A DNA stretch of 64,000 nt from an uncultured Ignavibacteria bacterium. GTDB taxonomy: Bacteria; Zixibacteria; MSB-5A5; WJJR01. This document shows, in pieces, positions 27,486 to 38,529 of this stretch. The notes beneath the pieces were generated by a model, which saw only the letters and a list, made by a program, of their open reading frames with translations, made no database searches and was not told the DNA's origin. The stretch lies in contig CAYTTY010000001.1 in NCBI GenBank assembly GCA_964440935.1, positions 148,867 through 212,866 on the forward strand, given 5' to 3'. Positions within the stretch are counted from its first letter, which is position 1, and every line of letters starts with the position of its first letter. Both the position numbers and the translations under genes were made by a program.

Positions 27486-28091
27486 TTGTGGCAAGGTGCA
27501 GCCGATAGTGGCGAATTCGTCGAAAAGGTGATCTACGTCAACCGTGTCGCCAAAGTGGTGAAAGGTGGACGCCGATTTTCGTTCACCGCACTCGTCGCGG
27601 CGGGTGACCGCAAGGGCAACGTCGGAATTGGGCTCGGCAAGGCGGGGGAAGTCGCCGAAGCGATTCGCAAGGGCGTTGAAGCGGCCAAGAAAGAAATGGA
27701 GCCGGTGGTCATTCGCAACGGCACCATCCCACATATGGTGACGGGGCGTGCCGGCGCGGCTCGTGTGTTGTTGCGTCCTGCTACCCCCGGTACCGGTGTG
27801 ATTGCCGGTGGTCCTGTCCGCGCCGTGCTCGAGTCGGCGGGGATCCAGGACATCTTGACCAAGTCGCTCGGGTCGCCGAATCCGCACAACGTGGTGAAAG
27901 CGACGATGGACGGTCTGCTGCAGTTGCGCCACGTCGAGACCATCGGCCAGTACCGTCATCATCTGGCGGCCGAGGCGGCCGGTGCGGACTCCTCGAACGG
28001 AGGCAAGCAACCGGCTGCGGACGAGAGCGCTCCGGAGGACACAGCACCGGACACCGGCGAAGAACCGCAGAATGACGAGAATGAGTCTTAA
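27486..28091 (+). CDS. rpsE: 30S ribosomal protein S5 (acidic C-terminal tail)
   Basis: [23 protein letters not shown]; start uncertain. Confidence 0.98.
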   Translation: MWQGAADSGEFVEKVIYVNRVAKVVKGGRRFSFTALVAAGDRKGNVGIGLGKAGEVAEAIRKGVEAAKKEMEPVVIRNGTIPHMVTGRAGAARVLLRPATPGTGVIAGGPVRAVLESAGIQDILTKSLGSPNPHNVVKATMDGLLQLRHVETIGQYRHHLAAEAAGADSSNGGKQPAADESAPEDTAPDTGEEPQNDENES

Positions 28092-28094
28092 GTG

Positions 28095-28277
28095 ATGGCA
28101 AAGATTAAGATTACATACAGGCGGTCCACGATCCGCTCGATCGAAAAGCACAAACGGACCATCCGCGCACTCGGTTTCCGCCGTCTGTACCAGACGGTTG
28201 TGCGGGAAGACACACCGAGTATCCGCGGCATGGTGAAATCGGTGGAGCATCTCGTGACCGTGGAACCGGCGGAGTAA
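28095..28277 (+). CDS. rpmD: 50S ribosomal protein L30
   Basis: KIKIT, TIRALG, IRGMV; operon position. Confidence 0.96.
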   Translation: MAKIKITYRRSTIRSIEKHKRTIRALGFRRLYQTVVREDTPSIRGMVKSVEHLVTVEPAE

Positions 28278-28320
28278 TCAGGCACCGGATCGGTGCTGCT
28301 GAACTTAGAGTGGTGTATTG

Positions 28321-28872
28321 ATGAACTTATCGGAACTGAAGCCGCCCGCGGGCGCACACAAGAAGGGCCGCCGCGTCGGACGTGGTCCGGGCTCGGGACG
28401 AGGCAAGACCTCGGGACGTGGTCATAAGGGACAAATGGCCCGGTCGGGTGCGAAACATCGCGCCTCGATGGAGGGCGGGCAGATGCGCATCTATCGCCGT
28501 CTCCCCAAGCGCGGATTCTACAATCCGGCACACGTTCAGTATCAGGTGGTCAATCTGTCCGATCTGGCGGAGTCGAATGCGAGTGATCGTGTCGACATTG
28601 ACGGTCTGCACGCACTGCGGCTGGTGCGCACCAAGTCGAATCCGGTGAAGATACTGGGCAACGGCACTCTCGATCGTCCATTGCACATTGTGGCCCACGC
28701 ATTTTCAAAGTCCGCCGAAGAAAAGATTACGGCCGCGGGGGGCAAGTGCGAACGCATTGCTCCACCAAAGGTAGCGGCTACGTCACCGGCCAAAGCCAAG
28801 GCGGACGCTGCTCCGGCCGAACCAGCGGAAAGCGACGACGAAAAACCCGAGTCCGAGGACACACAATCATAA
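28321..28872 (+). CDS. rplO: 50S ribosomal protein L15 (C-terminal extension)
   Basis: RVGRGPGSGRGKTSGRGHKGQ, RRLPKRGF. Confidence 0.98.
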   Translation: MNLSELKPPAGAHKKGRRVGRGPGSGRGKTSGRGHKGQMARSGAKHRASMEGGQMRIYRRLPKRGFYNPAHVQYQVVNLSDLAESNASDRVDIDGLHALRLVRTKSNPVKILGNGTLDRPLHIVAHAFSKSAEEKITAAGGKCERIAPPKVAATSPAKAKADAAPAEPAESDDEKPESEDTQS

Positions 28873-28910
28873 GGGCCGTGGGCTTGCGTAGCCACGGTGA
28901 CTGACCCAAT

Positions 28911-30224
<1,314 letters not shown>

Positions 30225-30249
30225 TTTGAACGCGGAGTGTAGATACGCC

Positions 30250-30813
30250 ATGCGGTGGATTCTATTGGGACCGCCGGGATCAGGGAAGGGGACACAGGCA
30301 AAGAAGCTCGCTTCGGCCCATGATCTCACGCACCTGTCCACAGGAGATGTACTGCGGAATGAGATTGCGAAGGACAGCGAATTGGGGAAAGAAGCCAAGG
30401 CCTACATGGAGCGCGGCGATCTGGTTCCCGACGAGTTGATCCTGAAGATGATTCGTGAATGCCTGCCGTCTGAGTCCGATGGCAACGGCTTTTTGCTCGA
30501 CGGGTTTCCGCGCACGGAACAGCAAGCGCAGGCGCTCGACGTGATGTTGAAGAAGGAAGGACGCTCCATCGACCGGGCTGTCCTGGTCGATGTCAGCGAT
30601 GAGGAGATCAAAAGGCGTCTGGAAGGACGCGCCAAGGCGGAAGGGCGAACAGACGACACGGCCGACGTGATTGAACAGCGGTTGAACGTTTATCGCCAGC
30701 AGACCGTGCCGGTCGCCAATCATTACGAGCACCAGGGTCTCCTGACCAAAGTGAATGGCGAACAGTCGATTGATGACGTTTACAACGATTTGGAAAAGCT
30801 GCTGACTGCATGA
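30250..30813 (+). CDS. adk: adenylate kinase, short-LID type
   Basis: GPPGSGKGT, LDGFPR; LID reduced to GRAKAEGRTDD. Confidence 0.97.
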   Translation: MRWILLGPPGSGKGTQAKKLASAHDLTHLSTGDVLRNEIAKDSELGKEAKAYMERGDLVPDELILKMIRECLPSESDGNGFLLDGFPRTEQQAQALDVMLKKEGRSIDRAVLVDVSDEEIKRRLEGRAKAEGRTDDTADVIEQRLNVYRQQTVPVANHYEHQGLLTKVNGEQSIDDVYNDLEKLLTA

Positions 30814-31568
30814 TCGCGATCAAGACCAGAGACGAAGTAGAGTTGATGCGCAAGGCGGGACGCCTCGTGGCGGAGACGCTGGATCTGGTCTGTGGTGCGG
30901 CGCATCCCGGCATCGCGACAAGCGAACTCGACACGATGGCGGAGGATTATATCCGTTCCCATGGCGCCGAGCCAGCGTTCAAGGGGTATATGGACTACCC
31001 GGCGACGCTCTGTGTCTCGATCAATGATGAAGTTGTTCACGGGATCCCCGGGGATCGCAAGCTGGAAGAGGGACAGATCGTCTCGATTGATGTGGGCGTG
31101 AAAATCAACGGCTGGTTTGGTGATTCGGCCCGCACGATCCGATTGGGGGCGATCACCGACGATGCCGATCGCCTGCTGAAGGCGACCGAAGAGGCCCTGA
31201 AACGGGGTGTCGATCAGGCCCGCGCCGGTAACCGCTTAGGAGATATCTCGTCGGCAGTGCAAACATATATCGAACAAGAAGGGTATTCCATAGTCCGGGA
31301 CTTGGTCGGCCATGGCATCGGTCGTAAGATGCACGAAGAGCCGCAGGTACCGAATTTCGGTGAGCCGAGCACCGGTGTGCGCCTCTCCGAAGGTATGGTG
31401 CTGGCGATTGAACCGATGGTCAACATCGGTGGGCCATCCATTACATTTGATCCGGACAAGTGGACCGTGCGTACGGCGGACGGTTCGCTGTCGGCCCATT
31501 TTGAGCATACGGTCGCGATCACAACCAATGGTCCCGACATCCTGACCATCGCAACGAAGAAGGGGTAA
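30810..31568 (+). CDS. map: type I methionine aminopeptidase
   Basis: VVHGIP, GHGIG, HEEP, SAHFEHT. Confidence 0.98.
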   Translation: MIAIKTRDEVELMRKAGRLVAETLDLVCGAAHPGIATSELDTMAEDYIRSHGAEPAFKGYMDYPATLCVSINDEVVHGIPGDRKLEEGQIVSIDVGVKINGWFGDSARTIRLGAITDDADRLLKATEEALKRGVDQARAGNRLGDISSAVQTYIEQEGYSIVRDLVGHGIGRKMHEEPQVPNFGEPSTGVRLSEGMVLAIEPMVNIGGPSITFDPDKWTVRTADGSLSAHFEHTVAITTNGPDILTIATKKG

Positions 31569-31569
31569 T

Positions 31570-31788
31570 TTGGCCAAGGAACAAGCAATTACAGTGGAGG
31601 GTCGTGTGGTGGAGTCTCTGCCCAATGCGACGTTTCAGGTGGAATTGGAAAATGGCCATAAGGTATTGGCGCACGTGTCAGGCAAGATGAGAATGCATTT
31701 TATCAAGATTCTGCCCGGCGACAAGGTGACGCTCGAACTGTCACCGTATGACCTGTCGCGTGGCCGGATCGTATATCGATACAAGTGA
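31570..31788 (+). CDS. infA: translation initiation factor IF-1
   Basis: [21 protein letters not shown]. Confidence 0.99.
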   Translation: MAKEQAITVEGRVVESLPNATFQVELENGHKVLAHVSGKMRMHFIKILPGDKVTLELSPYDLSRGRIVYRYK

Positions 31789-31834
31789 TTGTGCCGCCCG
31801 CAAATAGGCCGGCCTTACGGTAAGGCGGAGAGCC

Positions 31835-31948
31835 ATGAAAGTACGGTCATCGATCAAGAAGCGCTGCGAGAAGTGCAAGCTCATCAGACGCCGTGGGGTC
31901 ATGCGCATCATCTGTGAGAACCCACGCCACAAGCAGCGGCAGGGATAA
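31835..31948 (+). CDS. rpmJ: 50S ribosomal protein L36 (not in ORF track)
   Basis: Manual translation [37 protein letters not shown]. Confidence 0.98.
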   Translation: MKVRSSIKKRCEKCKLIRRRGVMRIICENPRHKQRQG

Positions 31949-32004
31949 TCTGGAGTATCGGCTGTGGGTGATTGTAATATCCCCAGCCAATCGTTGGAGG
32001 CGCC

Positions 32005-32370
32005 TTGGCACGAATTGCCGGAGTAGATTTGCCAAAGGAAAAGCGGGTCGAAATCGGCCTGCGATACATTTTCGGAATCGGTTCATCGACCGCCCGGAAG
32101 ATTCTTGAGGCCACCGGGGTGAATCCGGATACGCGCGTGAATAAGCTGAGCGACGATGACGTGGTGAAACTGCGTAACGAAATCGAAGCGAATCACCGCG
32201 TCGAAGGGTCCCTGCGTGGTGAAGTGCAGATGAATATCAAGCGGTTGATTGACATCGGTTGTTACCGTGGTCTGCGGCATCGTCGCGGATTGCCGGTACG
32301 CGGACAGCGGACGAAAACCAATGCTCGGACGCGCAAAGGGCCGGCGAAGTCGATCGGACGGAAACGATAG
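32005..32370 (+). CDS. rpsM: 30S ribosomal protein S13
   Basis: [27 protein letters not shown]. Confidence 0.99.
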   Translation: MARIAGVDLPKEKRVEIGLRYIFGIGSSTARKILEATGVNPDTRVNKLSDDDVVKLRNEIEANHRVEGSLRGEVQMNIKRLIDIGCYRGLRHRRGLPVRGQRTKTNARTRKGPAKSIGRKR

Positions 32371-32388
32371 AATTGAGTGGAGTGACTT

Positions 32389-32781
32389 GTGGCAGAAGGT
32401 AAACGTAAAAAAACACGTCGCAAACGGTCACGCGTCGAGCCGAATGGACGCGCGTTCATCCAGGCGACCTTCAACAACACGATTATCACCGTGACTGATT
32501 TACGCGGCGAGGTGATTTCATGGTCCTCGGCCGGACGTCAGGGGTTTAAGGGCTCGAAAAAGAGTACGCCGTTTGCCGCGCAGCAGGCGGCAAGTACGGC
32601 GGCTCGCGAAGCCATGGATTTGGGACTGCGCAAAGTCGACGTAAAGGTCAAAGGGCCGGGATCCGGCCGTGAAGCGGCGATTCGTTCGCTGTCGGCGGCG
32701 GGGCTGGAGGTCACGGCGATCAAAGATGTCACCCCTTTGCCACACAACGGATGCCGTCCACCGAAGCGGCGGCGGGTCTAA
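32389..32781 (+). CDS. rpsK: 30S ribosomal protein S11
   Basis: [21 protein letters not shown]. Confidence 0.99.
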   Translation: MAEGKRKKTRRKRSRVEPNGRAFIQATFNNTIITVTDLRGEVISWSSAGRQGFKGSKKSTPFAAQQAASTAAREAMDLGLRKVDVKVKGPGSGREAAIRSLSAAGLEVTAIKDVTPLPHNGCRPPKRRRV

Positions 32782-32805
32782 GCACAGGAGTAGCGGGAGT
32801 ACTAC

Positions 32806-33435
32806 ATGGCGCGTTATCGTGATGCCAATTGCAAGTTGTGCCGGCGCGAGGGCGAAAAGCTCTTCTTGAAGGGCGCCCGGTGCCTGTCAGACAAATGTCC
32901 CATTGCCAAGGGTGCACCCCCGCCCGGACAGCACGGCGCAAACATGCGCCGCAAGGTGTCCGAGTATGGGTTGCAATTGCGGGAAAAGCAGAAGGTGCGC
33001 CGCATCTATGGCATTCTGGAACGCCAGTTCCACAACTACTACGTTAAGGCATCGAAGATGCGTGGGATCACCGGTGAAAACCTGATGGTCCTCCTCGAGC
33101 AGCGGCTCGATAACGTCGTGTACCGTCTCGGTTTTGCACCGTCCCGGAAGTCGGCGCGTCAGTTGGTGCGCCATCGACACTTTACCGTGAATGATCGCAT
33201 TGTCGACATTCCGTCGTATCAGGTGAAACCTGGCGACGTGGTAAAAGTGTGCGAGAAATCAAAACGAATGGATATCATCCATATGGCTCTGAAGGAAGTC
33301 GGACGCGCGGCGGAGTTGCCGTGGTTCCGACTCGATAAGGCCCGGCTGGAAGGGGAAATGCTCAACATTCCGACGCGTTTGGAAATCCCGACGCCGGCTC
33401 AGGAGCAATTGATCGTAGAACTCTACTCCAAGTAA
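32806..33435 (+). CDS. rpsD: 30S ribosomal protein S4 (Zn-binding form)
   Basis: CKLCRREG...C...C, LREKQK, VELYSK. Confidence 0.99.
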   Translation: MARYRDANCKLCRREGEKLFLKGARCLSDKCPIAKGAPPPGQHGANMRRKVSEYGLQLREKQKVRRIYGILERQFHNYYVKASKMRGITGENLMVLLEQRLDNVVYRLGFAPSRKSARQLVRHRHFTVNDRIVDIPSYQVKPGDVVKVCEKSKRMDIIHMALKEVGRAAELPWFRLDKARLEGEMLNIPTRLEIPTPAQEQLIVELYSK

Positions 33436-33464
33436 GGTGTGGATTCGCGGGAGGCACAGATACA

Positions 33465-34475
33465 ATGAAATGGAAAGCGATGACCATGCCCAAGGAATTC
33501 GTGGTGGACGAACAATCGCGTACGCCGACGTATGCGCGGTTCTACATCGAGCCGTTGGAACGCGGGTTTGGACACACGATTGGGAATGCGTTGCGGCGGA
33601 CGTTGATCTCCTCGTTGCAGGGGGCGGCGGTCACGGCGGTGCGTCTCGAAGGTGTGTTGCACGAGTTCTCGACGATTCCTGGCGTCTTGGAGGATGTGAC
33701 CGACATCGTGTTGAACATCAAACGGATTCGTCCGCAGATGCTCGGCGACGAGGGTGCCACGCTGGTGCTCGACGTCGAGGAAGTAGGACGGTATGGCGCC
33801 GGTCACATCGAAGAGAATCCGAATATCAAGATCCACAATCCTGACCAGCACATCCTGGAATTGACCAAGGCGGCGCGTGTTCGCATCGAAATGGATATCA
33901 ACTCGGGACGCGGCTATGTGGTGGCTGAACAGAACAAGCGGCCCGACCAGCCGGCCGGGACGATTCCGGTCGATGCGCTCTTTTCGCCGGTCATCAAGAC
34001 GCGCTACGAAGTGGAAAACACGCGTGTCGGGCAGCGCACCGACTATGACCGCTTGATCCTCGACATCTGGACCGATGGCACGATTACGCCGGAAGACTCG
34101 ATGTCGTATGCGGCGAAGATCCTTAAAGACCACATGCAGGTCTTCATTACGTTTGAAGAGGAGTTTGTTGAAGAGCGTGCCGAGGAAGTCGACGAGGAAA
34201 CGTTGCGCATTCGTCAGTTGCTGAAGATGCGTGTCGACGAGTTGGAATTGTCGGTGCGCTCGTCGAACTGCCTGCGTGCGGCGAATATCGTGACGCTCGA
34301 GGACTTGGTACGACGCACGGAATCGGAAATGCTCAAGTACCGCAACTTCGGTCGTAAGTCGCTGACCGAGCTGAACGGCATTCTGTCCGAACTCGGACTG
34401 TCGTTCGGTATGGACGTTGACAAGTACAAAGATCCCAACGAAAAGTCGGCCGAGCCGGCGGAAATGATGATGTAA
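33465..34475 (+). CDS. rpoA: RNA polymerase alpha subunit
   Basis: EPLERGFGHTIGNALRR, LSVRSSNCL, NFGRKSL. Confidence 0.99.
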   Translation: MKWKAMTMPKEFVVDEQSRTPTYARFYIEPLERGFGHTIGNALRRTLISSLQGAAVTAVRLEGVLHEFSTIPGVLEDVTDIVLNIKRIRPQMLGDEGATLVLDVEEVGRYGAGHIEENPNIKIHNPDQHILELTKAARVRIEMDINSGRGYVVAEQNKRPDQPAGTIPVDALFSPVIKTRYEVENTRVGQRTDYDRLILDIWTDGTITPEDSMSYAAKILKDHMQVFITFEEEFVEERAEEVDEETLRIRQLLKMRVDELELSVRSSNCLRAANIVTLEDLVRRTESEMLKYRNFGRKSLTELNGILSELGLSFGMDVDKYKDPNEKSAEPAEMMM

Positions 34476-34497
34476 GCAGGGCGGAGGAGTTGTTGCA

Positions 34498-34986
34498 ATG
34501 CGGCACATGAAAGTCGGCAAGAAGCTGGGACGGACACCTGCGCACCGTCGGGCCATGATTGGCAACATGGCGACGTCGCTCTTTCGCCAATATGCCGTGG
34601 TGACCACGACGCCCAAGGCGCGCGCCGTGCGTTCGGCCGCGGAGAAACTGATTACCCTTGGCAAGCGTGGCGATCTGCATGCGCGCCGCCTCGCCTCGCG
34701 CCAGGTGAATGATCGCGGTGTGCTGCAGAAGCTTTTCGATGAAATCGCGCCGCAGTTCGCCACGCGGCCGGGCGGGTATACGCGCATCGTCAAGATGGGG
34801 CAGCGTCGCGGTGACGGCGCCGAGTTGGCGCGGCTCGAACTGGTGATTCCCAAAGCAGCGCCCAAGCGTTCGGAAGAGAAAGGCAAGGGCAAAGGACGGA
34901 AGCGCGCCCGTCAGACGCCGGCGGGATCGGCCAAGTCGCAGATTAAGACCCAGAAGAAAGAGGAATCGAGCGAGGACAAAGAGTGA
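34498..34986 (+). CDS. rplQ: 50S ribosomal protein L17 (charged C-terminal tail)
   Basis: MRH...LGR, RPGGYTRI, RRGDGA. Confidence 0.98.
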   Translation: MRHMKVGKKLGRTPAHRRAMIGNMATSLFRQYAVVTTTPKARAVRSAAEKLITLGKRGDLHARRLASRQVNDRGVLQKLFDEIAPQFATRPGGYTRIVKMGQRRGDGAELARLELVIPKAAPKRSEEKGKGKGRKRARQTPAGSAKSQIKTQKKEESSEDKE

Positions 34987-35006
34987 GCTGGGCAACACGT
35001 TGACTC

Positions 35007-35033
35007 AGGCAACCCCTCCGGGTTGCCTTTTTT
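35007..35033 (+). terminator. intrinsic terminator of the alpha operon
   Basis: AGGCAACCC-CTCC-GGGTTGCCT followed by a T-run. Confidence 0.9.
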
Positions 35034-35076
35034 GTTTGTGCTCGCACCGGTATGGGCGATACTTCCCTGAACGCCT

Positions 35077-35535
35077 ATGTCCCCAAACACCAACAATTCG
35101 CGATGGCGTGGCTTGCTGCTGGGCATACTGATCATCGTGTTGATCATCGCGGGTTCGATTTCACTGGTGCGGTTCCGCAATCGTGATCGTGGAACCACTC
35201 GAGCGGTCTTGTGGGCACTGGATGATTTGGCGGCTGCATCGCCGGAGCTGACGGCAGACGTCTTTGCACCCCAGCGGTACCCTATTGCCTTGCAACGGTT
35301 CCGCACACAGGTCGAATCGCATGAGCTGCCGGTCGACTCGGTACGCGCATTCTATCACGAATATGCATTGCATGCCCGTGACGGCGAATTGGATGCCGAC
35401 GATCTGCGTGTTCTTGGTCCGTTTCTCGGTCTTACACCTGCTCCAGCACCGCCGGATACGACAGTATCGACGACTGTATCCCGTAACGACACAATACGCA
35501 CAACACCTTCCGATACCGGGAGGGGATCGCGATAG
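35077..35535 (+). CDS. hypothetical membrane-anchored protein
   Basis: N-terminal hydrophobic helix, Pro/Thr-rich tail; stop abuts the deoB ATG. Confidence 0.65.
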   Translation: MSPNTNNSRWRGLLLGILIIVLIIAGSISLVRFRNRDRGTTRAVLWALDDLAAASPELTADVFAPQRYPIALQRFRTQVESHELPVDSVRAFYHEYALHARDGELDADDLRVLGPFLGLTPAPAPPDTTVSTTVSRNDTIRTTPSDTGRGSR

Positions 35536-36702
35536 ATGAACCGGTCCATTGTCATCGTCCTGGATGCCTGTGGGATTGGCGATGCTCCCGATAGCATCGA
35601 CTTCGGTGACCAAGGCTCAAACACGATCGTGCACACCGCAAAGGCTGTCGGTGGACTCGACTGCCCGACGTTGGGTGCGCTGGGCCTTGGGTGCATCATC
35701 GATGTCCCCGGCGTTCCCGCCAAGCCACATTCAATCGGTTCATACGGGACAATGCAGCCGCAATCCCCCGGAAAAGATTCCACATCGGGACATTGGGAGC
35801 TGCTCGGTCTGATCCTCGACAAGCCATTTCCTACCTATCCGGATGGATTCGGCGAACACATCATTAAGCCGTTCGCCGAGCAGACCGGTCGCGACGTGTT
35901 GGGCAACAAGGCGGCGTCCGGGACCGAGATCATTCAGGAGTTGGGCGATGAGCGCTTGGCAACGGGAAGCCTGATCGTCTACACGTCGGCCGATTCCGTA
36001 TTTCAGGTTGCCGCGCATGAGGATATGGTGCCGGTCGAGGAGTTGTACCGGTATTGTGAAATTGCCAGGCAGATTCTCAGTGGTGACGATGCCGTTGGGC
36101 GTGTGATCGCTCGACCGTTTGTCGGCGAGTCGGGATCGTATCAAAGAACGGAGCGGCGTCGGGATTTCTCGATGACGCCGCCGCGACCGACAGTTCTTGA
36201 TTTGGCGAAGCAAGCCGGTCTCCCGACAATCGGAATCGGCAAGATTGATGATCTGTTCGCCGGACAGGGGCTCACCGATACGTGCCATACAACCGCCAAT
36301 GACGACGGGATGAAGGCCACGTGCGATGCGTTGCGTGAGCATGAACGCGGACTGATTGTCACCAACCTGGTCGAGACCGATATGCTGTGGGGACATCGTA
36401 ATGATCCGGTGGGATTTGCACGGGCTTTGGCGCGCGTTGATGAGCAACTCGATGAGGTGCTGGGGCTGATGTTGCCCGATGATATCCTGCTTATCTCCGC
36501 TGACCACGGGTGTGATCCGACCACGCCGTCGACCGATCACTCGCGTGAGATCGTGCCGCTATTGGTTTACGGTGCCTCACTTCGCTCTGGAATTGACCTT
36601 GGGCGACGTACCACATTTGCAGATCTGGGTGCGACCGTTGCCGAGGCGTTGCAGTTGCCCGGCGATGTCGTTGGAACGAGTGTTCTCAGTCAACTATCAT
36701 GA
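35536..36702 (+). CDS. deoB: phosphopentomutase
   Basis: IVLDACGIG, GKDSTSGHWE, YTSADSVFQ, GRVIARPF, GHRND, ADHGCDP, DHSRE. Confidence 0.97.
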   Translation: MNRSIVIVLDACGIGDAPDSIDFGDQGSNTIVHTAKAVGGLDCPTLGALGLGCIIDVPGVPAKPHSIGSYGTMQPQSPGKDSTSGHWELLGLILDKPFPTYPDGFGEHIIKPFAEQTGRDVLGNKAASGTEIIQELGDERLATGSLIVYTSADSVFQVAAHEDMVPVEELYRYCEIARQILSGDDAVGRVIARPFVGESGSYQRTERRRDFSMTPPRPTVLDLAKQAGLPTIGIGKIDDLFAGQGLTDTCHTTANDDGMKATCDALREHERGLIVTNLVETDMLWGHRNDPVGFARALARVDEQLDEVLGLMLPDDILLISADHGCDPTTPSTDHSREIVPLLVYGASLRSGIDLGRRTTFADLGATVAEALQLPGDVVGTSVLSQLS

Positions 36703-37100
36703 CCAGTTTGAAACCGCCAGAACATGATGCTGTGATCGCTGCGAAGGCCGCACGTGAGCATGCATACGCGCCGTATTCAGGCCGCCATGTTGGCGCCGCG
36801 ATTATCACCTGCGACGGCCGGATCTTCTCGGCGTGCAATCTGGAAAACAAATCGGATACGTTATGGGTGTGCGCCGAGCGTAGCGCGATTGCGACCTCGG
36901 TCGCGCACGGACACCGGGACTTCCATACGGTCGTGGTGGCCGCGCCTGACGGTCGGTTCTGGCCGCCGTGCGAGAAATGCCGTCAGGTGATCAGCGAATT
37001 CGCCCCTGACGCCGAGATCATCATGTGCACCGACAACGGCGACGTACTGCGCAAAAAACTGAGCGATCTTCCGTCGCGACCGTTTGAGGCGGACGCATGA
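36699..37100 (+). CDS. cdd: cytidine deaminase (tetrameric type)
   Basis: AYAPYS, VGAA, CAER, PPCEKCRQVISEF. Confidence 0.92.
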   Translation: MTSLKPPEHDAVIAAKAAREHAYAPYSGRHVGAAIITCDGRIFSACNLENKSDTLWVCAERSAIATSVAHGHRDFHTVVVAAPDGRFWPPCEKCRQVISEFAPDAEIIMCTDNGDVLRKKLSDLPSRPFEADA

Positions 37101-37366
37101 GACTTGGATACGTCACCGGCCCCCTCTGGAACGGACGCCAGCATCCCGACCTGGATGGCGCCAAGCTATTAATTGTGCAGTTCGTCAATGGGGGATTGGA
37201 GCCGATTGATGACTACGCCGTCTGCATCGACAGTGTCGGTGCCGGTCGTGGGGAATGGGTGATCACAGTAGCCGGGTCGTCGGCGCGTCTCACTGAGACG
37301 ACCGAGAAACGTGCCACCGATCACGCCATTGTCGGCATTGTCGACACGATTGACCGGACGAGGTGA
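37097..37366 (+). CDS. bacterial microcompartment vertex pentamer, EutN/CcmL family (BMC-P)
   Basis: M.LG.VTG, L.GAKLLIVQ, DSVGAGRGEWV, GSSAR, D.AIVGIVD match the EutN/CcmL pattern; ATGA overlap with cdd. Confidence 0.93.
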   Translation: MRLGYVTGPLWNGRQHPDLDGAKLLIVQFVNGGLEPIDDYAVCIDSVGAGRGEWVITVAGSSARLTETTEKRATDHAIVGIVDTIDRTR

Positions 37367-37370
37367 GAGT

Positions 37371-38240
37371 TTGCCCAAACGGCGCAAAAGGCCAGTTGTC
37401 ACGGCCGCCCAGATCGACGGTTCACAGAAGACCATCACCGTTGAACCGGACGCTATCATAACACCGTCGGCCTATGACCGCGCCGCCAGTCTGGGTGTCT
37501 CTCTATTCAAACAATCTCAGCCGTCCGCGCCCGGTAGTCTGTCCACTACGTCCACCGAGTTCACCTCACCCAACATCGAACACCTTGTCCGCCGCATCGA
37601 ACACACCAATCTCTCCCCAACAGCCACCCGACAGCACATCAGTCGCCTCTGCGATGAGGCCCGCACGCTCGGCTGTGCCGCGGTCTGTGTGAATCCGATT
37701 CATGTTCCATTGGCCGTCGAGTTGTGCACCGCGACACAGACGCGGGTCTGCACAGTCATTGGTTTCCCCACCGGTGCGCATCACACCAAGGTGAAGATGG
37801 AAGAGGCATCGCGCGTGGTTGGCGACGGCGCACACGAGGTCGACATGGTGGCCAATCACGCATTGCTGTTGCAGGATGAACTGTCCGCTTATGCCGCTGA
37901 TATTCGCTGTGTGCGTCAGGCGATCGGCGATCGTGTAACACTCAAGGTCATTATCGAGGCATCACAGTTGTGCGAAGAGGACATCGTCCGTGCGGCGTTG
38001 GCGGCCGAGCAATCGGGCGCCAACTACGTGAAGACGTCGACCGGAGTGTACGGGCAGGCGCGCATCGAGGATGTCCAGTTGCTGCGCCACGTGCTCCAAC
38101 CGGCAACACAGATCAAAGCGGCTGGCGGGATCAACGATGCGGCGTTTGCATTACAGCTGATCGATGCCGGAGCCGATCGCTTGGGGATGTCGAAGACGTT
38201 GGATGTGATTGGTGGTATTCGCTCTCAACGCCGCACGTAG
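37371..38240 (+). CDS. deoC: deoxyribose-phosphate aldolase with N-terminal extension
   Basis: IEHTNL, AVCVNP, VIGFPTG, EVDMV, LKVIIE, VKTSTG, IKAAGGI; TTG start after GAGGTG. Confidence 0.93.
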   Translation: MPKRRKRPVVTAAQIDGSQKTITVEPDAIITPSAYDRAASLGVSLFKQSQPSAPGSLSTTSTEFTSPNIEHLVRRIEHTNLSPTATRQHISRLCDEARTLGCAAVCVNPIHVPLAVELCTATQTRVCTVIGFPTGAHHTKVKMEEASRVVGDGAHEVDMVANHALLLQDELSAYAADIRCVRQAIGDRVTLKVIIEASQLCEEDIVRAALAAEQSGANYVKTSTGVYGQARIEDVQLLRHVLQPATQIKAAGGINDAAFALQLIDAGADRLGMSKTLDVIGGIRSQRRT

Positions 38241-38274
38241 AGCGATCGTCAGAAGAACTGTCCGATTCCACCGT

Positions 38275-38300
38275 GCCGTCATGCGCCCTCGCATGACGGC
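38275..38300. repeat. perfect 11-bp hairpin
   Basis: GCCGTCATGCG-CCCT-CGCATGACGGC. Confidence 0.85.
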
Positions 38301-38329
38301 TAACTCCGATTTCGACGAGATCATCATCC

Positions 38330-38401
38330 GTAGGGGCGTATTGCATACGCCCTTCGGTACAACGTCCTGCGACGGTTCGGGCGTATGCAATACGCCCCTA
38401 C
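38330..38401. repeat. GTAG-class REP doublet (REPIN-like)
   Basis: GTAGGGGCGTATTGCATACGCCC (38330-38352) and its perfect reverse complement (38379-38401). Confidence 0.9.
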
Positions 38402-38529
38402 GAAAACACGCTTACTACGTAGCACACCTTTTTCAACACGCTCCCTCAAGGCCGGTGGCTCCCCCATGTAATCACCAAACCCACCGGGCTTCACTTCATC
38501 GCAATCGGAAGTGTAATCTGACAATCGCT

